Origin: Enterobacter phage vB_ExiM_F4M1E
Sequence record: OL744216.1
DNA length: 64,000 nt
Strand: one strand, 5' to 3'
Positions 48,465 to 56,802 of this stretch are shown piece after piece. The position numbers and the translations under genes were made by a program. Position 1 is the first letter of the stretch. The number at the start of each line of letters is the position of its first letter. Below the pieces are notes generated by a model. It did no database searches and was not told the origin of the DNA. It was given only the letters and a program-made list of their open reading frames with translations.

Positions 48465-48644
48465 TCAATCCGGCAGCTTGACCATGCAATTCCCATCTTT
48501 CCACTTGCTGATGGTGCCCAAGACCTCGACCTTGGCCTTCCTGCCTTTTATTTGGCGGATAATTCCGCCCTGAAGCTCATTGTAGCCCCAATAAATAGCC
48601 ACCTTGTCGCCCTCTTTAAGAGGGGTCCCGCGATAATCAGTCAT
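48465..48644 (-). CDS. small KOW-like protein (59 aa, below cutoff)
   Basis: MTDYRGTPLKEGDKVAIYWGYNELQGGIIRQIKGRKAKVEVLG...; ATGACTGA coupling with the upstream peptide. Confidence 0.35.
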   Translation of the reverse strand: MTDYRGTPLKEGDKVAIYWGYNELQGGIIRQIKGRKAKVEVLGTISKWKDGNCMVKLPD

Positions 48645-48729
48645 TGTGATTCCTTATGTCCAGAATGTACATGACAACACAGAGGAGGCCCACGGCCCCC
48701 AAGAACGCCAATCCAACCCAATCCGGCAT
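48637..48729 (-). CDS. membrane peptide (30 aa)
   Basis: MPDWVGLAFLGAVGLLCVVMYILDIRNHND; TAATG overlap with the upstream gene; very short, speculative. Confidence 0.25.
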   Translation of the reverse strand: MPDWVGLAFLGAVGLLCVVMYILDIRNHND

Positions 48730-49196
48730 TAGTTCACCTCGACAGGCTCAATGAAGTAGTTCTGTCCCTTCTTAACCTGCATGAAGGTCCCCTCTACCCA
48801 AGTCCCTGAACCTTGAATACGGGTTTCAGAGATGTCATACTTCGTGTTTGGATCACGTTTTCGGTGAAGCAGTTGGAGAATCAACTCCAGACTGTTGAAG
48901 GAGATTTTATACTCAAACCCCTCTTTGTCTTCAAACACGGCTACCGCAGAACTTCTTCCTTTTTCAGTGTGCGAGAATTGGAGAGACATTTTACGAACTT
49001 CGTGCTCAATCTCCTCAACACGTTTGCTTTCCCCACCTGGCCGAAACAGATGATCAAAATCGCAGAGGGGAAATCGGGCAGCATATGCCGCCTCCGCCTT
49101 TTCTGTAAAGGCAAAACCTTCCCAGCCTGTGAACCACTTCCCGCCTGATCCGGCTTCTGCCAAGGCAGGGTATGAACGCTTTTTCAGCTTCCTCAT
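48729..49196 (-). CDS. hypothetical protein
   Basis: 155 aa. Confidence 0.45.
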   Translation of the reverse strand: MRKLKKRSYPALAEAGSGGKWFTGWEGFAFTEKAEAAYAARFPLCDFDHLFRPGGESKRVEEIEHEVRKMSLQFSHTEKGRSSAVAVFEDKEGFEYKISFNSLELILQLLHRKRDPNTKYDISETRIQGSGTWVEGTFMQVKKGQNYFIEPVEVN

Positions 49197-49396
49197 TGGG
49201 GAACCTCCCGATAATCCAGTAGTGGGTATCGTTTAGGGTAAATCTCCATCCGGGCGCACACATTGCAATAGTGCGGATACTTCGGAGGGGAGGTTAAGAA
49301 AGCCTCCCCGTTGTTCATCATTTCCCCGGTGCAACCGTTAAACCCGCAATCCATGTGGACTCTGACCTGGACTACCGGAACGACACGCTCAGTCAT
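49193..49396 (-). CDS. zinc-ribbon protein
   Basis: Start at MTERVV; CGFNGC...CNVC four-Cys motif. Confidence 0.4.
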   Translation of the reverse strand: MTERVVPVVQVRVHMDCGFNGCTGEMMNNGEAFLTSPPKYPHYCNVCARMEIYPKRYPLLDYREVPQ

Positions 49397-49763
49397 CTGT
49401 CCACTCCTTTTCATAACCCGCTTGTTGCTGGGTGATGGCAATATGCGGCGCATCGCAGCCGTCGTACCAGTTATCGACAAACATTTTCTCGGACCCTTCT
49501 ACGATGAACAGTCCCGCCAGCCGTAATTCCTCTTGCAGGTTGCCAAACATATTATCGTTCTGGTCGAAGATCACCAAGCCTGCATCATACGACGGGCCGT
49601 CCTCGTGGCGGTAAACGACCATATCACCGCCGTAAGTGATCTTCAGCTTGGAATCGATCTCGTCAAGCCTGTCGGAAACCTCTTGCCAAGAATCCGTGTG
49701 TAGATTGCCCAGTGGTGGGTCTAACAGTGCAATAACGCCTACAGTTACACGTTGTTCGCTCAT
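49389..49763 (-). CDS. hypothetical protein
   Basis: Start at MSEQRV with ATGA overlap to the upstream gene. Confidence 0.4.
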   Translation of the reverse strand: MSEQRVTVGVIALLDPPLGNLHTDSWQEVSDRLDEIDSKLKITYGGDMVVYRHEDGPSYDAGLVIFDQNDNMFGNLQEELRLAGLFIVEGSEKMFVDNWYDGCDAPHIAITQQQAGYEKEWTDD

Positions 49764-50038
49764 TTCTCCACTCCCCATATCTCGTAGCTTGGCTCGAAGC
49801 ACAATGCCACTTTACATTTGAAGACGACTTCTCCGTTTGCCGGGTTGAACAGTTCAAGCTCTGCATCTCCCCGGTTCCAAGTCTCCCAGCCATCGTGATT
49901 ATCACGGAAATCCGCACATGCTTCTTCCGCTGCTATCTCAAGGTCCCATTCGTCACTTACGTCAAACAACGGATGACTTGGCTTGAAAGTGTACTCGTAA
50001 GGCCCGCAAGGCCCAATACTTATCCGATAACCGATCAT
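49760..50038 (-). CDS. hypothetical protein
   Basis: 92 aa; RBS AAGGAGTAAGA. Confidence 0.45.
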   Translation of the reverse strand: MIGYRISIGPCGPYEYTFKPSHPLFDVSDEWDLEIAAEEACADFRDNHDGWETWNRGDAELELFNPANGEVVFKCKVALCFEPSYEIWGVEK

Positions 50039-50141
50039 TCTTACTCCTTACTTGCTGCAATATACAGCATGTGAATAGTTTTCTTTAACTCACGAACGGG
50101 CCAGTGCCTTCGTAAATTGGGGGAGTGCTCCCCCGTCATAG

Positions 50142-50795
50142 TTAGTCAAGAACAAATGGTGCCGTCGGCACCGAGAAATTACCGTCGTAACGGGCTACTT
50201 TGCTGATACGGAATTGGTCAAGCCCACCAAACATCGTTTGTTCGCCGAACCCGATCCTTGCGAAACGGCTTACGTCACTCCACCCTCCAGAAACAAAGGA
50301 TGTGGTGGTTGGTGCCACTTTACCGTTAATATATAACTTCGTGACCCCTCCTTTGCTCACAATGGCGATATGTGCCCAGTTGGAAAGAGGCCAGTAGTTG
50401 GTACTAAAGCTCAAATAATTCTTCTGGTCCTGAAGATAAACCACGCTTTGGTAAACCTTGAGGCAACTCTGCGTACCTGTTCCAAAGTACATCCACCAAG
50501 AAGAGGCAACTGAAGAGTTTCTTGACCAAAATTCAATAGTGAACTCGTCCTCTGGTTTGAAGACGAGATCTGTTTTCTCTGTCGCCACCATCTCAAAATA
50601 GCTGGTAGCGGTAGTACAGTCAAAGTATTTGTTGTTGAATTTTCCGTAACTTCCGGTGCCTACTGTGGCTACCTTGGAAAATTGCCGGGTAGGCTTGGCA
50701 ACATCAATACCACCCTTGTCTGCTTGCAGGAGAAGGAGAGTCTTATCTCCCTTCACGCCGCCGCTTGCACCAGCCGCCAAAAGAATTTCCTGCAC
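50142..50795 (-). CDS. LamG/ConA-like jelly-roll domain protein (paralog B)
   Basis: 217 aa; WAHIAIVSKGGVTKLYINGK and FGGLDQFRISKVARYD resemble the LamG consensus (H.A.V.DG..LY.DG...FxGxLDEVRI). Confidence 0.45.
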   Translation of the reverse strand: MQEILLAAGASGGVKGDKTLLLLQADKGGIDVAKPTRQFSKVATVGTGSYGKFNNKYFDCTTATSYFEMVATEKTDLVFKPEDEFTIEFWSRNSSVASSWWMYFGTGTQSCLKVYQSVVYLQDQKNYLSFSTNYWPLSNWAHIAIVSKGGVTKLYINGKVAPTTTSFVSGGWSDVSRFARIGFGEQTMFGGLDQFRISKVARYDGNFSVPTAPFVLD

Positions 50796-50805
50796 TTTTT
50801 ACTCC

Positions 50806-51477
50806 TTAATGATTGAAGTGGTAAACAGCCCGGGCAAACCCTTCGGGGGTCAGCGATCGTAACTGTTTGGTCCTCTCCGACTTACCGCCTAAAAACTTCC
50901 ACCCCCAGAAGCAGCCTATATGAGGTACAGGCTTCTTGTCGGGCATCACAAAGCCATTCCCTACCCAGAGGCAAGTTTTCTTTGTGTAGGCGTTCCTGTA
51001 CGGCATTTTTGGGTGATACGAGCCTTCAATCTGGCTCAGGTATCCGCCATACTCGTAAGGGTCGAAGTAATGGTCCGGCTTACGCCAGAGCGTACTCATT
51101 TTCCCAACCGGATTTTCAACCATCCACGGGCAGTCGAAAACGTTGGCAACACGCTCTACCATTTTAGCATTATCTATCGACTCCATCAACTCTGATTTTG
51201 TCCGGGTGTGTTTGGCCCCGGCAACTGACAGGTTGGTGCAGCTTGGGAATGCGAAGATGATGTCCGGCTTAGGGATGCCCGCACCCATCGCAAAGGCCAA
51301 GAAATCTTCGTCGATCCAGCAATTAACATACTGGATGTTTGGATGCTCCCGGCGCAGTTCATACTGCCCATGATCGGCGGTGTCTGCATTGAAGCAGAAC
51401 ACCTTCCAACCATTGAGGGCGTACTCGTACCCCATGAAGCCGGAGCCATCAAAGAGGCTCCAGACGACTTTAGACAT
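50806..51477 (-). CDS. DNA (cytosine-5)-methyltransferase-like protein, short and divergent
   Basis: Motif I SLFDGSG; motif IV-like PDIIFAFPSCTNLSVAG (PSC instead of PC); motif VI-like MVENPVG (ENP instead of ENV); only ~223 aa with no obvious target-recognition domain. Confidence 0.5.
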   Translation of the reverse strand: MSKVVWSLFDGSGFMGYEYALNGWKVFCFNADTADHGQYELRREHPNIQYVNCWIDEDFLAFAMGAGIPKPDIIFAFPSCTNLSVAGAKHTRTKSELMESIDNAKMVERVANVFDCPWMVENPVGKMSTLWRKPDHYFDPYEYGGYLSQIEGSYHPKMPYRNAYTKKTCLWVGNGFVMPDKKPVPHIGCFWGWKFLGGKSERTKQLRSLTPEGFARAVYHFNH

Positions 51478-51478
51478 A

Positions 51479-51733
51479 TTATTCCTCACAAACAGGGGCG
51501 ATGATGATACACGGGGTGTATACGGATCGGCCCTGACTATCTGTCAGGTTTACCTGACTCTGCCCATGAAGGATGTCTTCTTCATCCGCTGAGAAAGTAC
51601 CTGCACCATACTGAATCAGAAAACGAAGTTGAAGGATCAGGTAGATCGAATCCATACCGGAAGAGTCCAGCAGATCTTCCATATCGAAATCCACCATGAT
51701 TCGCTCTTTGTCCAAACGTACCCAATATTTCAT
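51479..51733 (-). CDS. hypothetical protein
   Basis: Start at MKYWVR with ATGA overlap. Confidence 0.4.
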   Translation of the reverse strand: MKYWVRLDKERIMVDFDMEDLLDSSGMDSIYLILQLRFLIQYGAGTFSADEEDILHGQSQVNLTDSQGRSVYTPCIIIAPVCEE

Positions 51734-51963
51734 AAATTTTCCCCTTCGATGTTTACGACCCGATCGTGATGAGATACTACGTACCCTGATGCCCGGCAGT
51801 TCCACGCCTCCAGGGCAGACATCGGTTTATATGTCCCCTCTATTTCTGCGAAGCACTCAAGGCACATAACCCGATCATTCATCCGAGTCTCTTTATTCCC
51901 CTTCGTCCAAGTCGCCGGGCTGGCGCAGAACGGACAGCCTTTGAGGATCATCTTCTTAGCCAT
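51730..51963 (-). CDS. Lar-family restriction alleviation-like zinc-ribbon protein
   Basis: MAKKMILKGCPFCASPATW...VMCLECFAEIEG...ALEAWNCRA matches the Lar signature (LKPCPFCG ... C..C ... EAIEAWNRR); RBS GGAGAG. Confidence 0.55.
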   Translation of the reverse strand: MAKKMILKGCPFCASPATWTKGNKETRMNDRVMCLECFAEIEGTYKPMSALEAWNCRASGYVVSHHDRVVNIEGENL

Positions 51964-52138
51964 GAAGTCTCTCCAGTACGATCCCTGCTTCTTTTGCCTC
52001 TTTGACCGGAACATAACCGCCGTACCAATCGAGGATGAACTCTTTCCCACCACGGACGAACACTTGGTATCGCCCGTTCACCGTCAGCGCCGGGACCTTG
52101 CGGGTGGTGCTTACCACCCTTACTGTACCGCCCATCAT
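51956..52138 (-). CDS. hypothetical protein
   Basis: 60 aa. Confidence 0.35.
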   Translation of the reverse strand: MMGGTVRVVSTTRKVPALTVNGRYQVFVRGGKEFILDWYGGYVPVKEAKEAGIVLERLHG

Positions 52139-52311
52139 AGCACACCCCTCGACACCAGTCCACCAAAAGTCATCATGACCGCGATGAAGTTGACAGTGAA
52201 CACTATCCGGCTCCAGATCCCATCCCCGAACACTTGGGGCCAGTACACTGCAATCAGCATAAAGGCACCATTGGTGACGAGGGCAAGCATATCGAAATGG
52301 TCTTTACTCAC
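52135..52311 (-). CDS. small membrane protein (58 aa, GTG start, below cutoff)
   Basis: (M)SKDHFDMLALVTNGAFMLIAVYWPQVFGDGIWSRIVFTVNFIAVMMTFGG...; RBS GGAG; ATGA overlap downstream. Confidence 0.3.
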   Translation of the reverse strand: MSKDHFDMLALVTNGAFMLIAVYWPQVFGDGIWSRIVFTVNFIAVMMTFGGLVSRGVL

Positions 52312-52660
52312 GGTTAACTCCTTCCACAGAAATGACTACCAACACCCTCAAAGCACACAAAAGTAGTGCCAGGCCAAAGGTGGATACTACGGCAACAACC
52401 AACACAGGAAGCATGTATAAGCAGCCTGTCATTATTGCACCTGCAAGCGCGGCAATCACAAGCTCAGGACCTTCCAGTTCAAAAGCTGCATCCCCGTACT
52501 TTTTGTAGTCATTCCTCAGCATTAAGAACAGGAAAATAAACGACCAAACCACAATACTGGTAACAACCCAATTGGCGTTGCAAACTGGCTCGATAAATGC
52601 CATCCACTTATCAAAGACGACACCAAAATTGTGGGCAATCCATTCAAACATAGCGATCAT
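52304..52660 (-). CDS. membrane protein
   Basis: 118 aa with 3-4 hydrophobic helices. Confidence 0.45.
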   Translation of the reverse strand: MIAMFEWIAHNFGVVFDKWMAFIEPVCNANWVVTSIVVWSFIFLFLMLRNDYKKYGDAAFELEGPELVIAALAGAIMTGCLYMLPVLVVAVVSTFGLALLLCALRVLVVISVEGVNRE

Positions 52661-52929
52661 GATCCGTACCTCACCTCATATAAAAACGTATCCAAGTCGG
52701 TCTTATCGTCCCAACCTTCAATTGACAGTGGCATCAGGCAGTTGGCATCAACAACCAACATGTCTCCGGCCCGGTCAATGCTCTCCCACCACCCGAACTT
52801 ATCTTTCTCGACAAGGAACACCACCTTGCCTAAGAACTCCGGCTGACCGCCGTGAATAAGGGCGTACCCACCCGAGAAGAGTTCACCTTCCGGGGGCAGG
52901 CACTTGTCCTTCCGTCCCAAATCACTCAT
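52657..52929 (-). CDS. hypothetical protein
   Basis: Start at MSDLGRK. Confidence 0.4.
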   Translation of the reverse strand: MSDLGRKDKCLPPEGELFSGGYALIHGGQPEFLGKVVFLVEKDKFGWWESIDRAGDMLVVDANCLMPLSIEGWDDKTDLDTFLYEVRYGS

Positions 52930-53116
52930 TCTCGTCAACCTCTGTAAAAGTTCCAAAGATCGAGTGCTTCGCCCCTACGAACGTCACGTCCCCGGGGAAA
53001 CGCTCAACGTTCCAAGCCTTGCCATTTGGAGCCGTGGCGAGGATTTTGTATTTCTTACCCGAGGTAAATACTTCCTCAAACCCCTTGTTTACCCGGCAGC
53101 ACATCAGCATTTTCAT
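52922..53116 (-). CDS. hypothetical protein
   Basis: 64 aa. Confidence 0.4.
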   Translation of the reverse strand: MKMLMCCRVNKGFEEVFTSGKKYKILATAPNGKAWNVERFPGDVTFVGAKHSIFGTFTEVDENE

Positions 53117-53322
53117 TTCTTTGCTTTCCTCTTTGATTGTGGCTCACATACCCGCGCCCGATAAGCATTGTACTCAACATAGCGCCAAGTCTTCTTTAAG
53201 TGCTCTACCAGTTCCTTCAGGTTCTCTTCATCCCTTGCCCAGCCGCAGACGTAATAACAGTCGCCAACTGACATTCGACACTTAACACTGTAATGGGTTT
53301 CAAAATCCTTGTCAAGCATCAT
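53113..53322 (-). CDS. hypothetical Cys-containing protein
   Basis: 69 aa; CRMSVGDCYYVCGW. Confidence 0.4.
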   Translation of the reverse strand: MMLDKDFETHYSVKCRMSVGDCYYVCGWARDEENLKELVEHLKKTWRYVEYNAYRARVCEPQSKRKAKK

Positions 53323-53494
53323 ATCTCCCCACTATCTCATCCCCAAGCCGGGCAGTCTGCTTAATCTCTTCGAGAATGTAAGAGGCATGTTCCTTACTGA
53401 TCGCCATAATGCTGAAGGAGAACTTCCGGCCCTCTACATCGTTCCACTCGATCGAGTATTCTTTCCACTCCCGTCCCTCCACGATAACACTCAT
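53312..53494 (-). CDS. hypothetical protein
   Basis: 60 aa. Confidence 0.4.
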   Translation of the reverse strand: MSVIVEGREWKEYSIEWNDVEGRKFSFSIMAISKEHASYILEEIKQTARLGDEIVGRYDA

Positions 53495-53631
53495 TTGAGC
53501 ATCTCTCCGATCATTAGTCCTGTTATCATGATCTCTAATGCACCGAGCATCATCACAATGATCCAGATAACCTCGTCAACAGGTCGTCTTCCGAAGCAAT
53601 GGGCCATCAATGTCGTCAAGAAAGTGATCAT
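53491..53631 (-). CDS. small membrane peptide (46 aa, below cutoff)
   Basis: MITFLTTLMAHCFGRRPVDEVIWIIVMMLGALEIMITGLMIGEMLK; RBS GGAGG; ATGA overlaps at both ends. Confidence 0.3.
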   Translation of the reverse strand: MITFLTTLMAHCFGRRPVDEVIWIIVMMLGALEIMITGLMIGEMLK

Positions 53632-53924
53632 AATCCCAGTTCCTCCGCCGAGTAGATGTCGTTTCCGGCGTAGCCTTGGAACAGTACCATCACTGGGTCA
53701 CAGCGACCCTTGGTGGACATGAAACGGGACTTCTCGGCATTCACCAGATAGACATCTTTGTTCACCGGGAAGGTCTTTGGCTGACCCATGCCGGGCGTTG
53801 ACACCGTGATACGGCTGTGCTTAGGGATCTTTTTGACGACTTCTACCTGCTTTCCGACCAGCGATTCGATCCCTTCACGTTCTGCTACCATATCCCGCAC
53901 TACAGGGACCATTAATTTTACCAT
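53628..53924 (-). CDS. hypothetical protein
   Basis: 98 aa; very strong RBS GAGGAGGAGGA; first gene after the 53944-53972 promoter. Confidence 0.45.
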   Translation of the reverse strand: MVKLMVPVVRDMVAEREGIESLVGKQVEVVKKIPKHSRITVSTPGMGQPKTFPVNKDVYLVNAEKSRFMSTKGRCDPVMVLFQGYAGNDIYSAEELGL

Positions 53925-53943
53925 GATATCCTCCTCCTCTTGG

Positions 53944-53972
53944 GTAATACTTGAAGTCTACAGAAGTTATTG
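53944..53972 (-). promoter_or_regulatory. possible sigma70-like promoter (minus strand) TTGACA-N17-TAGACT
   Basis: The + strand shows tgtcaa (53967-53972) and agtcta (53944-53949). Confidence 0.35.
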
Positions 53973-53974
53973 CG

Positions 53975-53998
53975 GGGTGTCAAACGAAAAAAGGCCCC
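53975..53998 (-). terminator. rho-independent terminator (minus strand)
   Basis: Minus strand: AGGTCCC-ttcg-GGGGCCT (one G.U pair) followed by tttttt. Confidence 0.6.
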
Positions 53999-54013
53999 CG
54001 AAGGGACCTTTTA

Positions 54014-54538
54014 TTATTCTGCCGCTGCTTCCGGCATTGCTTCAGCAACTTCCGGCTCCGGAGTGAATACACGGAAAGAGGTTTCTGTCTCGATAGAGAA
54101 ACGGTCATTGTGCCGACGCAGGAATGCGTATACCGAACGGGCCTGCGTGTTTGCGTACATGATCATATCTGCCGGATGGAACTCCAAACAGGAGTGGCCT
54201 GACGCCTGCACACGCTGAATAACGTTATTCGCCTGCACGGTGATCACTTGGGCGATAAAGTTACGCAGTTCGGTAGATGCTGTTCCGGTACGAACAAACT
54301 CCGACAGATGCGGATAGAGATATTGTGGCACATTCCGATCCAGCGGGTAGAACTGCGAGTCGTTCGGCACAGACGTCGAGAAGGTCACCTTCACCGAGTT
54401 ACCAAGATTCTGCAAGATCGCATTCTCAAAAGCGGTTGTCACAATGTCAGTGATGTCCACAACCGCACCATTTTTCATCGGTGGGATGTCAAAATCGTTA
54501 CGTTCGCCACCACGTTGACGTTCAATAATCATAAACAC
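54014..54538 (-). CDS. hypothetical protein
   Basis: 174 aa downstream of the primase-helicase, after the GGGGC-ttcg-GCCCC hairpin at 54548-54565. Confidence 0.45.
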   Translation of the reverse strand: MFMIIERQRGGERNDFDIPPMKNGAVVDITDIVTTAFENAILQNLGNSVKVTFSTSVPNDSQFYPLDRNVPQYLYPHLSEFVRTGTASTELRNFIAQVITVQANNVIQRVQASGHSCLEFHPADMIMYANTQARSVYAFLRRHNDRFSIETETSFRVFTPEPEVAEAMPEAAAE

Positions 54539-54568
54539 CTCAAGTTAAATGGGGCCGAAGCCCCGTTA

Positions 54569-56641
54569 TCAGAACGGACACTCATCATCCATGTCATCTT
54601 CAGGCATGTCCGGAACATCCGGGATGTCTGGTATTGCAGAAGTTACTGGCTGAATAGGTTCAGGGGTTTCCTCCTTTACCTCTTCAACGGGTTCGTCCAG
54701 GTTCAGGTCTTGCTGCTCAACCTGCTGTTCCTTGGCCTCTTCCTGTGCTGCCAAGAACTGCTCGTCCGCCGGAGGGATGTCATCATCCGTCAGGTCAGAT
54801 CCGGTCTTATCTTGGTTCTCCGGAGAGAGCGGTTGTGCTGCACTTCCCGTCGGCTCCTGATAAGAAGCGTTGCTCGGATCATGTTCCGGGTGGACCGCAT
54901 ACCACTCACGGAGAGTTTCGTATGGACTGTCCAAGAACCCTTCAGGCGGCTCCAGATAATCTCCCGTATCAATGTCATAAAACACCGGGAACTTACCAGC
55001 ACGACCGTGTTTACGGTCATCCAGGATAACGAACCACGACGTGTTACGCTGCTTCATCGGCAACTCTGGGTCTTTGTTACGCTCGATGCCCCACATGTAG
55101 TAGGTGTTACGCATCATTGCACGGGACCCGGCGAACTGTGCCGACTGCACCTGACCGCCGAACTCGTGCGGCTTACCCGCTTCCGGTTTGTTCAGGTGAC
55201 AGAAGCAATAATACGTGAAGCCCAGTTCTTTTGCAAGTTTGGAGATCTCATCCGAGAAACGCTCCAGTTCCTGGTTTGCCTCAGATGCCGACATACCCTG
55301 TACCAGACGGGTGATCGGGTCGATGAAGATGTCCTCACAACCTTCCACGATGACGGCATGTCGGATTGCACCTTTCAGTTCATCCCATACTGCACGACCG
55401 TAGTTGTTGTAGTAGATGACAGAATCACCAACTTCATCCGTTGCTGCGATCAGTTCTTCCTGTTTGAAGTAACCGCGCTGGCCCTCGAACACCTCGTTGC
55501 CCCAGATGTCACGATAGGTTCCATCTTCCTGCGGGATCATCACCTTCTCTGCGTTAACAAAGTCCTTGTGATAACGCTTCCCGGCAATCTTCTTACAAGT
55601 GATCTCGTTCTCTTCCTCGAACTTGAACACTGCGGCCTTGGCCTTCTCCACCCCGGTGATGTATTCGACCATCTGGTTGAGGAGTTCACTCTTACCCATC
55701 TTAACGCCTGCGCCGATGAAGTAACCTTCACCTTTACGACGGCCCAGTGTCAGGCGGGTCATAGTAGGCCACGGGAATTTCTTCCCGAGCTTAGGGATCT
55801 CGTGGGCCTTATCTCGGAACTGGCTGTACGTAGAGAACCCGTCCGGCACATATTCCTTCGGCTTCATCGCGGCCCAGAAAAGCTGCTGCGCCAGGCCCTT
55901 GTTGTACATGTCACAAGGGTCCATGTCTTCAGGGATATCGACCACTTTCATCTGCGGGATAACGGAATACACCGCTGCCACAGCGTCTTTACCCTTCATG
56001 ATCCCCTTGGCTTTCTCAGTTTCGTTCGCCCGGTCGGCGTCGAAAGCCACAATGATCTCTTCGAACTTACTCAGGAGCTTATAGTTGTTCTTCTGAGACA
56101 GGTTCTGTACTGCGTTGGATGTGCCGTTGGAGATTGACACAACCGTGAAGTTAGGCTTACGGGAATTGCCGTCCTTCGATTTGTAGTTCTCGCGGAGAAC
56201 TTGCCACAGAATCGCTGCATCGTACTCACCTTCGGTGATGAAGATCATACGCTTGGACGACTTGTTGGCACCCTCCAGGCCAAACAGATCACAGGCTACC
56301 GATTGGAAGCCGATGGTGCTGAAATGGCCCTTCTGCTGCTTAGGGATGGTCAGATCGCGCTTCTTAAAGCCAACGATCTTTCCTTCCAAAGTATATGGAA
56401 AATAATGCGCTTCCGGCGTCATACCGTCCTTAGCAGACAGTTTTGTGCGAATACCGAAGCGTTCAGCCGTCTTCTCATCAATCCCGCGCTCCGGGATCGC
56501 CTTGAAGGGATACGTCTTTACATCTTCAACTGTCTCTTCAACTCGCTGCACTCCGCCTCCAAAACCCCGTGTGGTTGACGCCTTCGGGTTGGTGTACCCC
56601 GTCTTGTAGCCACCGAACAATCCTTCACCAAATGTGCTCAC
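54569..56641 (-). CDS. bifunctional DNA primase-helicase (T7 gp4-like: TOPRIM + DnaB-type helicase)
   Basis: 690 aa; TOPRIM acidic motif ITEGEYDA and VAFDAD; Walker A GAGVKMGKS; acidic C-terminal tail ending DDMDDECPF; GTG start coupled to the upstream small ORF. Confidence 0.85.
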   Translation of the reverse strand: MSTFGEGLFGGYKTGYTNPKASTTRGFGGGVQRVEETVEDVKTYPFKAIPERGIDEKTAERFGIRTKLSAKDGMTPEAHYFPYTLEGKIVGFKKRDLTIPKQQKGHFSTIGFQSVACDLFGLEGANKSSKRMIFITEGEYDAAILWQVLRENYKSKDGNSRKPNFTVVSISNGTSNAVQNLSQKNNYKLLSKFEEIIVAFDADRANETEKAKGIMKGKDAVAAVYSVIPQMKVVDIPEDMDPCDMYNKGLAQQLFWAAMKPKEYVPDGFSTYSQFRDKAHEIPKLGKKFPWPTMTRLTLGRRKGEGYFIGAGVKMGKSELLNQMVEYITGVEKAKAAVFKFEEENEITCKKIAGKRYHKDFVNAEKVMIPQEDGTYRDIWGNEVFEGQRGYFKQEELIAATDEVGDSVIYYNNYGRAVWDELKGAIRHAVIVEGCEDIFIDPITRLVQGMSASEANQELERFSDEISKLAKELGFTYYCFCHLNKPEAGKPHEFGGQVQSAQFAGSRAMMRNTYYMWGIERNKDPELPMKQRNTSWFVILDDRKHGRAGKFPVFYDIDTGDYLEPPEGFLDSPYETLREWYAVHPEHDPSNASYQEPTGSAAQPLSPENQDKTGSDLTDDDIPPADEQFLAAQEEAKEQQVEQQDLNLDEPVEEVKEETPEPIQPVTSAIPDIPDVPDMPEDDMDDECPF

Positions 56642-56802
56642 ACTTCCCCCTTAGTCAACGTTGCAACGTAAATCGTATTGCCGTGCATGTTGACACCAAC
56701 AGTGACCGGGCCTTTGAGTGAATAATCAAACTCATTGACCCACTTCTTGATGTTGGTTTGCAACTCAATCGGGTTTGTGTAAACCAGAATCTTAACTTCC
56801 AT
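56638..56802 (-). CDS. hypothetical protein (54 aa, below cutoff)
   Basis: MEVKILVYTNPIELQTNIKKWVNEFDYSLKGPVTVGVNMHGNTIYVATLTKGEV; GTGTGA coupling to the primase start. Confidence 0.3.
   Translation of the reverse strand: MEVKILVYTNPIELQTNIKKWVNEFDYSLKGPVTVGVNMHGNTIYVATLTKGEV

Noticed and set aside
54248-56137. 629-aa + strand ORF (and similar long + ORFs at 42325-43212, 45883-46566, 47272-48036, 45219-45812)
   Set aside because: They lie antisense within well-supported minus-strand genes (primase-helicase, 667-aa ORF, DNA polymerase), have low-complexity Arg/Leu/Val-rich translations and lack an RBS; they are shadow ORFs.
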